A DNA stretch of 64,000 nucleotides from Cytophagales bacterium. Lineage in GTDB: Bacteria > Bacteroidota > Bacteroidia > Cytophagales > MED-G16. Shown one piece after another: positions 47,294 through 56,817 of this stretch (positions are counted from its first letter, which is position 1; the number at the start of each line of letters is the position of its first letter). Position numbers and translations under genes: made by a program. The stretch is taken from assembly GCA_045568775.1 (NCBI GenBank), contig JBJLAJ010000001.1, positions 72,151-136,150 of the forward strand, in the 5' to 3' direction. The notes beneath the pieces were generated by a model. That model was not told the DNA's origin. It saw only the letters and a list, made by a program, of their open reading frames with translations, and did not search any database.

Positions 47294-47940
47294 TGATTTA
47301 GTGATTTATTAATAATTGGTTTTCTTCCGATTTTTAAGGTAATAGGATCATTGTGTATGTCCCAACTTCTTGCGGGAGACCTTTCTCTTCCATAATAAAT
47401 TATTTGTAGGTGTAATTTGTTCCACAGTTTTTTAGGAAACAGTCTTTTAGCGTCTTTTTCTGTTTTGACAACATTCTTTCCCGATGAAAGGCCCCACCTA
47501 AACATTAATCTGTGAATATGGGTATCTACCGGAAACATAGGTTCACCAAAAGCTTGAGACATAACCACACTAGCTGTTTTATGACCAACAGCAGGAAGTG
47601 ATTCTAATGATTCTAAGTCACAAGGAACCTTACCGTTATGTTTATTTATTATAATTTTAGAAAGACCATAAATTCCTTTAGACTTCATTGGAGATAAACC
47701 CACCGGCTTAATAATTTCTCTAATTTCAGGAACAGAAAGTTTAATCATGTCATGTGGATTATCAGCTTTTTCAAAAAGTTTTGGTGTTATCTTATTTACA
47801 CCAGCATCAGTACTCTGAGCAGAAAGTAAGACTGCAATTAAAAGTGTATATGGGTCTTTATGGTTGAGGGGAATACTTGTTTTTGGGTAGAGCTTTTCTA
47901 GTGTTTGAATGACAAATTCTACTTTATCTTTTTTTTTCAC
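47290..47940 (-). CDS. nth: Endonuclease III lacking the Fe-S cluster motif
   Basis: GTG start; LIAVLLSAQSTD, LPAVGHKTA (HhH lysine), FPVDTH; no C-terminal CX6CX2CX5C. Confidence 0.9.
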   Translation of the reverse strand: MKKKDKVEFVIQTLEKLYPKTSIPLNHKDPYTLLIAVLLSAQSTDAGVNKITPKLFEKADNPHDMIKLSVPEIREIIKPVGLSPMKSKGIYGLSKIIINKHNGKVPCDLESLESLPAVGHKTASVVMSQAFGEPMFPVDTHIHRLMFRWGLSSGKNVVKTEKDAKRLFPKKLWNKLHLQIIYYGRERSPARSWDIHNDPITLKIGRKPIINKSLNH

Positions 47941-47941
47941 T

Positions 47942-48919
47942 TTAGAGTGGTTTGTAATTAGAATTATAAAAAACTTTCTTATAATCATCTTCTTTTAGAA
48001 GATCTTCCAAAGTGTATGCGCTTTCTTTCATGAAAGAGGTCACAATTTTCCACCCCATCCATCTTCCTACCCTACCGGGAATAGACTGAGATATTTCAAA
48101 TGTACTTGGCCTCTCTGACAAATACTTTTGTTTAATTAATTTTCCTTCTTTGAAAAACAGCTCGTTCTGTAGAAAAAAACTATAAATAAAAGCTTCATTC
48201 TCTTCAATTATATCCAGCTGATCTTTTGAGTATCCTAATATTATATTTTGACCCTCGCAGGCTAACAACTTTTCAACAACATAATAAAGTTTACCAAAAG
48301 AAATCATTTCATTTAACATGGTTTTATCTGTATCATCTACAATATTAAATTGAGATAAATATGTTGAAAGCGCTGTTGATGTCATGTGGTGTGGTGTGTA
48401 TCTTTCTAAAACATATAAGGGTAAATCGCGGGGCTTAAATTTATTTTCTTTATTTAGAAAGTAGTCAACCCCTAAAACTATATTTTCCTTATCCACAACA
48501 ATATCATTATAAAAGCCTGATAACAACAAAGTGATTTTAGGATTAATTTGTTGTTTGCTTGTTGAATTATATATTCCAATTGCATGATCTAAATTTAAGA
48601 AGAGTTGTTTTTTATTACCAAACTCGTTACGAACATCAAAATAAAGGCTATCAAAATAAATATTGTCTACCAATGAATAAATGTTGTTTATTTTAGAATC
48701 TAGGTTTAATGTGTCGTGTATTTCATAAAATGGGTATAAAATGTTTTTATATGTTTCTAAAAAATTTAAAAAATCATTTCTAGATTCTATACTTGCCACT
48801 TCATCAACCAAATAATTGATCTTAATGTTTTTTGGGTAACCTTTTGTGTTTGTTATTGGGCAATTACTCGTGTTGCACGATAAAAGAATAAGTGCAAAAA
48901 AACAAGTAAGAGACTTCAC
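47942..48919 (-). CDS. gldB: GldB-like gliding motility lipoprotein
   Basis: GTG start, lipobox LLSC; LGVDYFL, MISFGKLYY, PGRVGRWMGWKIV. Confidence 0.8.
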   Translation of the reverse strand: MKSLTCFFALILLSCNTSNCPITNTKGYPKNIKINYLVDEVASIESRNDFLNFLETYKNILYPFYEIHDTLNLDSKINNIYSLVDNIYFDSLYFDVRNEFGNKKQLFLNLDHAIGIYNSTSKQQINPKITLLLSGFYNDIVVDKENIVLGVDYFLNKENKFKPRDLPLYVLERYTPHHMTSTALSTYLSQFNIVDDTDKTMLNEMISFGKLYYVVEKLLACEGQNIILGYSKDQLDIIEENEAFIYSFFLQNELFFKEGKLIKQKYLSERPSTFEISQSIPGRVGRWMGWKIVTSFMKESAYTLEDLLKEDDYKKVFYNSNYKPL

Positions 48920-50445
48920 TTTTTAGTTTGAATAATTTGTCTATTTGTGTCTAGAAACACATAATCTTTAACCCCTATATTATTATCTTTTTCTATTTTA
49001 ACCCACCTTCTATGTTTGATAAACCATTTATATTGTCTTGATAACACACCAATTGTAAAATAAGAGTAAAGGTAAGGGTGCACAACTAAGGTGAGGTTTT
49101 TTTCGTTTTGTTTAACGAAAAGGTGCTCAATTTTTTGTTCAATTTTATCTGCAGCTTCAGTTCCTTCTTGATCTAATTCCGCATCTTCTTTTGTCATTTT
49201 TAGTTCTTGCCTTACACGTTGTCTTGTTATTTGCATTAAACAAAATTTAGATAATGGTAGTATTGTATGCTTAGATCTATCTTCACTCATAGCTCTCCTC
49301 ATTGCGTCAAAAAGTTTACGCTTATTCATGGTCTTTTTTAAGTCAATAAAATCTATAACGATTATTCCGCCAATATCTCTAAGTCGTAATTGTCTTGCTA
49401 TCGTATCTGCCGCATCTAAATTTACCTTGAGCGCTGCTTCTTCTTGATTTGATACCTTGCTTGTTTTTCCACTATTTACATCTATCGCGTGTAACGCTTC
49501 TGTGTGTTGTATTATAACATATCCACCATTAGCAATTGGTACAGTCTCTCCAAATAAATCCTGAAGTTGTTTTTCTATACCATAAACCTCAAATATAGGA
49601 GCTGGTGATGAGTAAAACTTTACAATTTTTTCTTTTTTAGGCTCAAACTTTTTCACATAACTTTTCACCTCTCCAAATAATTTTTTATCATCTATTATGA
49701 TGTTATCAAATGAAGCGTTTAAAATATCCCGAAGAAGTGAGGTTGCTTTATTTCCTTCTCCTATTACCTTTTCTCCCACTTTAGCTTTTTTAATTTTCTT
49801 TAAACCTTCCTTCCATAAAGATGTTAATGACTTAAGATCCTTGTCTAACTCCGATACAGATTTTTGTTCTGCAACAGTCCTAACTATAACACCAAAGTTT
49901 TTAGGCCTAATAGATTTAATTAAATTTATCTGACGCATCCTTTCTTCTCGGTTTGTTATTTTTTTAGAAACATTAATTGATTCTGAGAATGATACTAAAA
50001 TCAAATACCTACCAGCTAAAGAAAGTTCTGTTGTTACCCTTGGACCTTTAGTGGAAATTGGCTCTTTAACAATTTGAATTAATAACTCGTCTCCCTTTTT
50101 AAGGACCTCGTTTATTTTACCAAATTTATTTATATCCTCAAGTCTTTTGAACGAATCGTAGTTTGAAGGTTTACCTTTTGATCTTACTTTTTTTACAAAT
50201 GATTTAAGCGACAAAAATTGGGGTCCTAAGTCTAGGTAATGTAGGAAGGCGTCTTTTTCGAAACCTATATCAATAAAAGCCGCATTTAAGCTTTTATTGA
50301 TTTTTTTTACTTTCCCTACATAAATATCACCTACATTAAATTTGGTTTCATCACTTTCCTGATGAAACTCAACAAGCTTTTTATCCTTAAGAAGTCCAAT
50401 TCTACTTTTGTCGCGAGATGAATTAATTATTAACTCGCTACTCAT
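48916..50445 (-). CDS. rng: Ribonuclease E/G family
   Basis: S1 domain, AAFIDIG, KEPISTKGPR, LAGRYL, IDVNSG, QLRLRDIGGIIVIDFID. Confidence 0.93.
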   Translation of the reverse strand: MSSELIINSSRDKSRIGLLKDKKLVEFHQESDETKFNVGDIYVGKVKKINKSLNAAFIDIGFEKDAFLHYLDLGPQFLSLKSFVKKVRSKGKPSNYDSFKRLEDINKFGKINEVLKKGDELLIQIVKEPISTKGPRVTTELSLAGRYLILVSFSESINVSKKITNREERMRQINLIKSIRPKNFGVIVRTVAEQKSVSELDKDLKSLTSLWKEGLKKIKKAKVGEKVIGEGNKATSLLRDILNASFDNIIIDDKKLFGEVKSYVKKFEPKKEKIVKFYSSPAPIFEVYGIEKQLQDLFGETVPIANGGYVIIQHTEALHAIDVNSGKTSKVSNQEEAALKVNLDAADTIARQLRLRDIGGIIVIDFIDLKKTMNKRKLFDAMRRAMSEDRSKHTILPLSKFCLMQITRQRVRQELKMTKEDAELDQEGTEAADKIEQKIEHLFVKQNEKNLTLVVHPYLYSYFTIGVLSRQYKWFIKHRRWVKIEKDNNIGVKDYVFLDTNRQIIQTKK

Positions 50446-50456
50446 AGTATTATTGT

Positions 50457-50546
50457 TTATTTCTTTTTATGTCTATTCTTTCTTAATCTCTTTTTTCTTT
50501 TATGTGTCGATATCTTATGTCTTTTTCTTTTTTTTCCACTCGGCAT
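50457..50546 (-). CDS. 29-aa basic protein, bS22 / mS38 (AURKAIP1-COX24) ribosomal protein-like
   Basis: MPSGKKRKRHKISTHKRKKRLRKNRHKKK; sits in the HU-TPR-rng operon; missed by the ORF track. Confidence 0.85.
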   Translation of the reverse strand: MPSGKKRKRHKISTHKRKKRLRKNRHKKK

Positions 50547-50559
50547 AACTTGAATATCT

Positions 50560-51018
50560 TTATTTAGTTAAAAAAACATTTAATTCATTAATTAACAACT
50601 CGTCCTTTGTTTCTTTGACTATACTGAATAATGAGTCAGCTTTTTTTAAGTAGCCAAGGTGGTAGCTGCTAATTCCTAACTGCAAATATGCTTTTTTATC
50701 TGATGAATCAATAGCTATTAGTTGATTAAATCTTTCAACCGCATTTTCATATTGACCGGTCTGAATAGACAAAATACCTAAATAATATAAAGCTTCTTTG
50801 TTTTTTGGATCATTTTCAAGAATATCTCTAAACATAAAAACACCCTCCATTGGGTTATTTCCCTCTAATAATTCTAAGGCCTTCTCAACTGACACTGCGC
50901 CTTGAATTTCATCTTGGTTTTTTTTTGTTTTTATAACCGAGGTAGGTAATTGATACAGAAAAACTATAATAATTAAAGAAAATAAAATCATTAAAACCTG
51001 AAGATTTTGTGTTTTCAT
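50560..51018 (-). CDS. Membrane-anchored TPR protein
   Basis: N-terminal TM; DPKNKEALYYLG..GQYENA TPR repeats. Confidence 0.8.
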   Translation of the reverse strand: MKTQNLQVLMILFSLIIIVFLYQLPTSVIKTKKNQDEIQGAVSVEKALELLEGNNPMEGVFMFRDILENDPKNKEALYYLGILSIQTGQYENAVERFNQLIAIDSSDKKAYLQLGISSYHLGYLKKADSLFSIVKETKDELLINELNVFLTK

Positions 51019-51020
51019 TT

Positions 51021-51311
51021 TTATACTATTTTATTGTTTTCTTTTACTATATCCACTAAAATTTTAGAAGGCTTAAAGTGTGGCACATAATGAGCTTCTA
51101 GTATAATAGCTGTATTTGTTGATATGTTTCTTGCAATTTTTCTTGCTCTTTTTTTATTTGTAAAAGAACCAAAACCTCTTATATAAACGCTTTCTCCTTC
51201 TTTAAGAGCTTCTTTAATTGTTATAAGTGTTGCTTCTATTGTTTCTTGAACGTCTGACTTATCGATGCCCGTTTGGGATGAAACTTTATTTATTATTTCT
51301 AGTTTTCTCAC
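51021..51311 (-). CDS. HU / IHF family DNA-binding protein
   Basis: GTG start; VYIRGFGSF..KKRARKIARNI...VPHFKPSK. Confidence 0.92.
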   Translation of the reverse strand: MRKLEIINKVSSQTGIDKSDVQETIEATLITIKEALKEGESVYIRGFGSFTNKKRARKIARNISTNTAIILEAHYVPHFKPSKILVDIVKENNKIV

Positions 51312-51365
51312 TATTTATTAATTTAATTGTTTAGAGTTAATGATAAAATTAGCTTAATCTTAATT

Positions 51366-52424
51366 ATGAACAAAGACACCCTTAAAACAAGTTTTGCTAA
51401 AAGGCTTATTAAGTGGTATAAAAAGGAAAAAAGAGCCCTGCCTTTCAGAGAAAACAAAGACCCTTACCGTGTGTGGTTATCTGAAATTATTTTACAGCAG
51501 ACCCAAATGGAAACTGGAATAAAATATTATAACATCTTTATTAAAAGTTTTCCAAACATAACGTCTTTAGCTAATTCCTCTGAAAAAAAAGTTTATTCCT
51601 TATGGCAAGGGTTAGGTTATTATAATAGAGCGAAAAATCTTCACAAGGCAGCAAAAATCATTATCAAAAAACATAAGGGTGTGTTTCCAAAAAATTATGA
51701 CGAACTAATTATGTTACCTGGTATAGGAAAATATACAGCAGCAGCAATCTCTTCAATTTGTTATAATGAAAAAAAATTTGTGGTTGACGCAAATGTTTAT
51801 AGGGTTTTATCTCGTTTTTTTGGTATAAATAAAGATATCTCAAGAACTTCGTCCTATAATTATTTCATAAAATTAAGTGAAAAATTAGCAGATGAAATAA
51901 CAGACTTTGGTGAGTATAACGAGTCAATAATGGATTTTGGGGGGTCTGTTTGTTTACCAAAAAAACCATTCTGTCCAAAGTGTATCTTTAAAAAAGAATG
52001 TTATGCAAAAGAGAAAAATAAAGTAAGCACATTCCCAATAAAAAAGAGAAAAATTAAAATTAGAAAGAGGTTTTTTAATTATTTAATAATAGAAAACAGA
52101 AACCAAGTTTTAATCAAAAAAAGAACACATAAGGATATCTGGGAAAATCTAAATGAATTTTATTTAAATGAGGGTCAAGATTGTTTTTTTAAATCTAAGC
52201 CCTTAATTGATTATGGAAAAGATAAAATTATCCTTGTCTCAGAAGATGTCGCTAAACTAAGTCATCAGATTATTAAAATTAAATTTTACAAATTAGAGAT
52301 ATGTGATGTGAATAATTTAGATAAATTAAAAAAATCTCTAAATATGATTTTGATTAAAAAAAGTGACTTAAATAACTACGCTTTTCCAAAAGTTATTAAT
52401 AACTATTTGAAATCCGCATCTTAA
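51366..52424 (+). CDS. mutY: A/G-specific adenine glycosylase
   Basis: WLSEIILQQT, WQGLGYYNRA, LPGIGKYTA, VDANV, CLPKKPFCPKCIFKKEC Fe-S motif. Confidence 0.94.
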   Translation: MNKDTLKTSFAKRLIKWYKKEKRALPFRENKDPYRVWLSEIILQQTQMETGIKYYNIFIKSFPNITSLANSSEKKVYSLWQGLGYYNRAKNLHKAAKIIIKKHKGVFPKNYDELIMLPGIGKYTAAAISSICYNEKKFVVDANVYRVLSRFFGINKDISRTSSYNYFIKLSEKLADEITDFGEYNESIMDFGGSVCLPKKPFCPKCIFKKECYAKEKNKVSTFPIKKRKIKIRKRFFNYLIIENRNQVLIKKRTHKDIWENLNEFYLNEGQDCFFKSKPLIDYGKDKIILVSEDVAKLSHQIIKIKFYKLEICDVNNLDKLKKSLNMILIKKSDLNNYAFPKVINNYLKSAS

Positions 52425-52441
52425 TTTGTAATTTCAAGTAT

Positions 52442-52855
52442 ATGTCTGGAGTTAACAAAGCAATCTTACTTGGAAACTTAGGAAAAGATCCTGAGTTAAG
52501 AAAATTAGACGATGGTCGAGCTGTCGCAAATTTTTCAATTGCAACTAGTGAAACATATAAAAACAAAGCTGGTGAAAAAGTCACCAACACAGAATGGCAT
52601 AATGTCGTTTTATGGTCCCCTCTTGCTGAAATTGCTGAAAACTATTTAAAAAAAGGAAGTCAGGTTTATATAGAAGGAAAGATTTCAAATCGTTCATATG
52701 AAGATAAAGATGGGGTTAAAAAGTATGTTTCCGAGGTTGTTGGTAGAGACCTAAGATTGTTAGGAAGAGCCCCGGAGTCTAATGATAGTCCGCCAACCCC
52801 TTCTCCTAGTCAAGAAACAAAGGAGAGTGTTCAAGAAGATGATTTGCCGTTTTAA
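52442..52855 (+). CDS. ssb: Single-stranded DNA-binding protein
   Basis: VNKAILLGNLGKDPE, TEWHNVV, KGSQVYIEG, C-terminal DDLPF. Confidence 0.97.
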   Translation: MSGVNKAILLGNLGKDPELRKLDDGRAVANFSIATSETYKNKAGEKVTNTEWHNVVLWSPLAEIAENYLKKGSQVYIEGKISNRSYEDKDGVKKYVSEVVGRDLRLLGRAPESNDSPPTPSPSQETKESVQEDDLPF

Positions 52856-52864
52856 ATACAAAAA

Positions 52865-54193
52865 TTGGAAATAGATTTACCCGAACCCGAATTATTTATT
52901 CATATATCTAGCACTTTAATTGGACCCGATATAGTAACTATATTATTTCAGTTATTTATTTTAATTACCCTCCTTGTTTTTTCAGGTCTTATTTCTGGGT
53001 CTGAGGTTGCTTTCTTTTCATTGTCAAACTCAGAAATTAAAACTATACAAAAAACACATAAGGGCTCTATAAATAAAGTGGTTTCTCTCCTTCAAACGCC
53101 AGAAAAACTTCTGGCTACCATTTTGATATTAAACAACCTAATAAACGTAGCAATTATAACATTGTCCGCTTACTTCGCTTGGGGTGTTTTTGGTAAATCT
53201 GCGTTTGTTTTTATAATGCTTACGGTAATAACAACATTGGTAATTGTTTTTTTTGGAGAAATTATTCCAAAGGTTTACGCAAACAAAAACAAATTTATTT
53301 TTGTAAAAACAGCTTCTGTAATAATTAATATTTCATCCACCCTTTTTAATCCATTGATTTTATTTTTAGTTTCAATTTCAAGTTCCTTTAAGACTAAAAA
53401 AAAGATTCTTCTTGAAAGTACCAAAGAAGAACTAAATAAAGCAATGAGCTTAACTATTAATAAAGAAACATCAACTGAAGAAAAAAATATTCTTGAGGGA
53501 ATAATAAACTTTGGGTCGATTAAAACTAAGGAAATTATGAGATCAAGGGTAGATATTATTGCTGTTGATTTCAAAGATTCATTTGAAAAAACATCTAAAT
53601 TAATTAACAAGTCTGGGCTCTCTAGGATTCCGGTTTACAGAGAAACTATTGATAATGTTGAGGGGGTGCTCTATGTTAAGGACTTAATCCCACACCTTAA
53701 AGAGACTTCGTTTGACTGGAGAAAAAAGATAAGACCTGCTTTTTTTGTTCCAGAAAGTAAAAATATTGATGTTTTATTTAAAGATTTCCAAGAAAAGAGG
53801 GTGCACCTAGCTATTGTTATTGACGAATACGGTGGGGTGTCTGGACTTGTAACTTTAGAAGATGTAATAGAAGAGATTCTTGGAGATATTAGAGATGAAT
53901 TTGATTTTGAAGACGATTTTCAGTTTAAAAAAATAGACAACAACACATATTTGTTTGAAGGCAAAACGTCCTTAAACGACTTTTGTAAATTAACTAAAAT
54001 GGATAAAAATTATTTCAATGAAATTAAAGGTGAGAGCGAGTCTCTTGGTGGGTTGCTTCTTGAGGTTAACTCAAAAATTCCAAACAAAGGTGACAAAATA
54101 AAGTTTCATAAATTTATTTTTACAATAATGTCTGTTGACAACAAAAGAATAAAACGTGTTAGGGTTTATAAAAAACATAATAAAAAAACTTAG
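52865..54193 (+). CDS. gldE: GldE (CNNM / CBS / CorC-HlyC domain protein)
   Basis: TTG start; SGSEVAFFSL, FGEIIPK, CBS pair, IDEYGG..GLVTLED; between ssb and gldD. Confidence 0.88.
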   Translation: MEIDLPEPELFIHISSTLIGPDIVTILFQLFILITLLVFSGLISGSEVAFFSLSNSEIKTIQKTHKGSINKVVSLLQTPEKLLATILILNNLINVAIITLSAYFAWGVFGKSAFVFIMLTVITTLVIVFFGEIIPKVYANKNKFIFVKTASVIINISSTLFNPLILFLVSISSSFKTKKKILLESTKEELNKAMSLTINKETSTEEKNILEGIINFGSIKTKEIMRSRVDIIAVDFKDSFEKTSKLINKSGLSRIPVYRETIDNVEGVLYVKDLIPHLKETSFDWRKKIRPAFFVPESKNIDVLFKDFQEKRVHLAIVIDEYGGVSGLVTLEDVIEEILGDIRDEFDFEDDFQFKKIDNNTYLFEGKTSLNDFCKLTKMDKNYFNEIKGESESLGGLLLEVNSKIPNKGDKIKFHKFIFTIMSVDNKRIKRVRVYKKHNKKT

Positions 54194-54737
54194 TATCGCT
54201 GTAGTTATCTTTCTATGTGCTGCTTGTGAAAACAATTACCAACCAAAACCCAAAGGGTATAATCAGATTTTTTTTCCATCACCACAATACAAAATAAAAG
54301 AATACAACAAACGATTTTCTTTTGAAAGAAATGTCATCTCAACAACCACTGAAAATCTTGATTATGGTTGGTTAAACTTAAGTTACTCAAAATATAAAGC
54401 CGAGCTTTTATTGACTTATAAAAAAGTTAGCTCTTACGAGCATTTAAAAAATTTAATAAATGAATCATACAAATTAATTAGCAAACACAAATCAAAATCT
54501 TCCTCAATTACCGAAAAGGATATTATAACATTATCTGGCAAAAGAGCAACAATAATTACCATTGAAGGTGAAGTCCCAACGCCTTTTCAATTTATAATAA
54601 CAGATTCTTCTAAAAACTTTTTAAGGGCCGCATTATATTTTGAAAAACCTATCGCTAATGATTCAATTTCTCCCGTGGTTGAGTATATTAAAAAAGACAT
54701 GATACATATTTTAAACACATTAAGTTGGAATGAATAA
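54156..54737 (+). CDS. gldD: GldD gliding motility lipoprotein
   Basis: Lipobox AAC-E, PKPKGY, GEVPTPFQFIITDS..FLRAALYF. Start uncertain (GTG at 54156). Confidence 0.85.
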   Translation: MLGFIKNIIKKLSIAVVIFLCAACENNYQPKPKGYNQIFFPSPQYKIKEYNKRFSFERNVISTTTENLDYGWLNLSYSKYKAELLLTYKKVSSYEHLKNLINESYKLISKHKSKSSSITEKDIITLSGKRATIITIEGEVPTPFQFIITDSSKNFLRAALYFEKPIANDSISPVVEYIKKDMIHILNTLSWNE

Positions 54738-56817
54738 CGATGTTTTAAAACAAAAAATTGAGTTCATAAAAGGTGTTGGTCCACTAAAAGCTTCTTTATT
54801 AAACTCTGAAGTTGGAATTTTCAACCTTAATGATATGCTTCATTATTTTCCTTTTAGATACGAAGACCGATCTGATATTAAAAAACTAATTGACGTTAAA
54901 GATGATGGTTTGGAGGGTGTTTTTTATGTACAGGTTGTAAACAAAAAAGTTGTTAGAAAGTTTAAAAACAGACGTTTAAAAGCAAAGGTTAAAGACGCCT
55001 CTGGTTATGGGGAGATGGTTTGGGTAAAAGGTATAGAGTGGATAGAAGACAAGGTTGTTGTTGGTAAAAAATATTTAGTGTTTGGAAAGCCTAAACTATA
55101 TAAAAACTCTGTTTCTTTTTTTCATCCAGAAATAAACGAAAAGAGCAAAACATCACTTGGTATTAGGCCTGTTTACCCAACAACAGAAAAACTTAAAAGA
55201 AAATATATAAACACCCGTTTTTTTAACAGAATTATTGATGAGGTTATAAACAAAACAACACCTTGTGTTAATGAAAACCTTTCTGAACAGATTGTACAAC
55301 AAAATAAATTAATTTCAAGAGCATCCGCGCTCCAAAACATTCACCTGCCAAAAAACAGAAGGATGATTGAAGAAGCAAGAAAAAGACTAAAGTTTGAAGA
55401 ACTTTTTTTCTTACAACTTCAAATACTACAGTTAAAAAACAAACGACTTAAGGCTTTTCCTGGTTATGTTTTTAACAAGAAACAATTACTAAGTGATTTT
55501 TACAAAAAACATTTGCCTTTTGAACTAACAAACGCTCAAAAAAAAGTGATAAAGGAGTGTTATGAGAACATGTGTTCTGGAAAACAAATGAACAGGTTGG
55601 TTCAAGGGGATGTTGGAAGCGGAAAGACGATTGTTGCTTTTTTGTGTATGTTGTTTGTTGTAGAAGATAAGTCTCAAGTAGCATTCATGGCTCCAACAGA
55701 AGTATTGGCTGATCAACACTATAAAAGCATTAAAAATTTAGCATCAAAATTAAATCTTTCGGTCGCTGTTTTAACAGGATCAACAAAAGAAAAAGAAAGA
55801 AAAGTTATTTTGAATCAATTGATAAAAGGTGAGATAAATATTTTAATTGGAACACACGCTTTAATTGAAAAAAGAGTTGAGTTTATGAGGTTAGGTTTGG
55901 TTATAATTGATGAGCAACATAAATTCGGGGTAGCACAAAGAGCAAAATTATGGTCTAAAAAAAAAGAGTTTTATCCTCATGTTTTAGTTATGACAGCAAC
56001 CCCTATACCTAGAACTTTAGCCTTAACGTTATATGGTGATTTAGATGTGTCTGTTATCGACGAACTTCCTTTGGGTAGAAAAGAAATAATAACCTCTCAT
56101 CGGTTTGACAACTCAAGGTTAAAGGTTTTTAATTTCATAAAAGAAACAATAAAAATTGGTGGACAAGTGTACGTTGTGTACCCACTTATTGAAGAGTCAG
56201 AAAAAAAAGACCATAAAGATTTAATGGATGGTTATGAAAGTTTAAAAAGGTATTTCCCAGAAACTCAGATTGGCGTTCTTCATGGAAGAATGAAATCTGT
56301 AAACAAAGAGTTTGAAATGAAACGTTTTGCTGACGGAAAAAGTAAAATACTAGTTTCTACAACAGTAATTGAGGTGGGGGTTGATGTGCCTAATGCTTCT
56401 GTAATTATTATTGAAAGTGCAGAGAGGTTTGGTTTATCACAACTACATCAATTAAGGGGTCGTGTTGGAAGGGGGGTTGTGCAGTCTTATTGTATACTTA
56501 TGACAAAGTATAACTTAAGCAATGAGTCTAAAGAAAGAATTAAAGCTATGGTTGATACTTCTGATGGATTTAAAATAGCTAATGTAGATTTAAAAATGAG
56601 GGGCCCAGGAAACATGATGGGAACAAAACAAAGTGGGCTTTTAGAGCTTAGGTTTGCAAACTTATCTGAAGATTATAATGCTATAAAACAAACCCGAGAC
56701 GTTGTAATTGATTTAATTAACAAAGACCCTGGTCTTTCTGATAAAAAAAACGAAAATATTGTTAATCATCTCAAAAGAAACATTAAAAGTAATATAAATT
56801 GGAGTCGGGTTAGTTAG
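54730..56817 (+). CDS. recG: ATP-dependent DNA helicase RecG
   Basis: RLKFEELF, QGDVGSGKT, DEQH, MTATPIPRTL, LHQLRGRVGRG. Confidence 0.97.
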   Translation: MNNDVLKQKIEFIKGVGPLKASLLNSEVGIFNLNDMLHYFPFRYEDRSDIKKLIDVKDDGLEGVFYVQVVNKKVVRKFKNRRLKAKVKDASGYGEMVWVKGIEWIEDKVVVGKKYLVFGKPKLYKNSVSFFHPEINEKSKTSLGIRPVYPTTEKLKRKYINTRFFNRIIDEVINKTTPCVNENLSEQIVQQNKLISRASALQNIHLPKNRRMIEEARKRLKFEELFFLQLQILQLKNKRLKAFPGYVFNKKQLLSDFYKKHLPFELTNAQKKVIKECYENMCSGKQMNRLVQGDVGSGKTIVAFLCMLFVVEDKSQVAFMAPTEVLADQHYKSIKNLASKLNLSVAVLTGSTKEKERKVILNQLIKGEINILIGTHALIEKRVEFMRLGLVIIDEQHKFGVAQRAKLWSKKKEFYPHVLVMTATPIPRTLALTLYGDLDVSVIDELPLGRKEIITSHRFDNSRLKVFNFIKETIKIGGQVYVVYPLIEESEKKDHKDLMDGYESLKRYFPETQIGVLHGRMKSVNKEFEMKRFADGKSKILVSTTVIEVGVDVPNASVIIIESAERFGLSQLHQLRGRVGRGVVQSYCILMTKYNLSNESKERIKAMVDTSDGFKIANVDLKMRGPGNMMGTKQSGLLELRFANLSEDYNAIKQTRDVVIDLINKDPGLSDKKNENIVNHLKRNIKSNINWSRVS

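Noticed and set aside
48489-48497. Perfect DnaA box TTATCCACA (and TGTGGATAA near 62429), considered as an oriC hint
   Set aside because: Isolated single boxes inside coding sequence, explained by Val-Asp-Lys codons; no box cluster or large AT-rich intergenic region.
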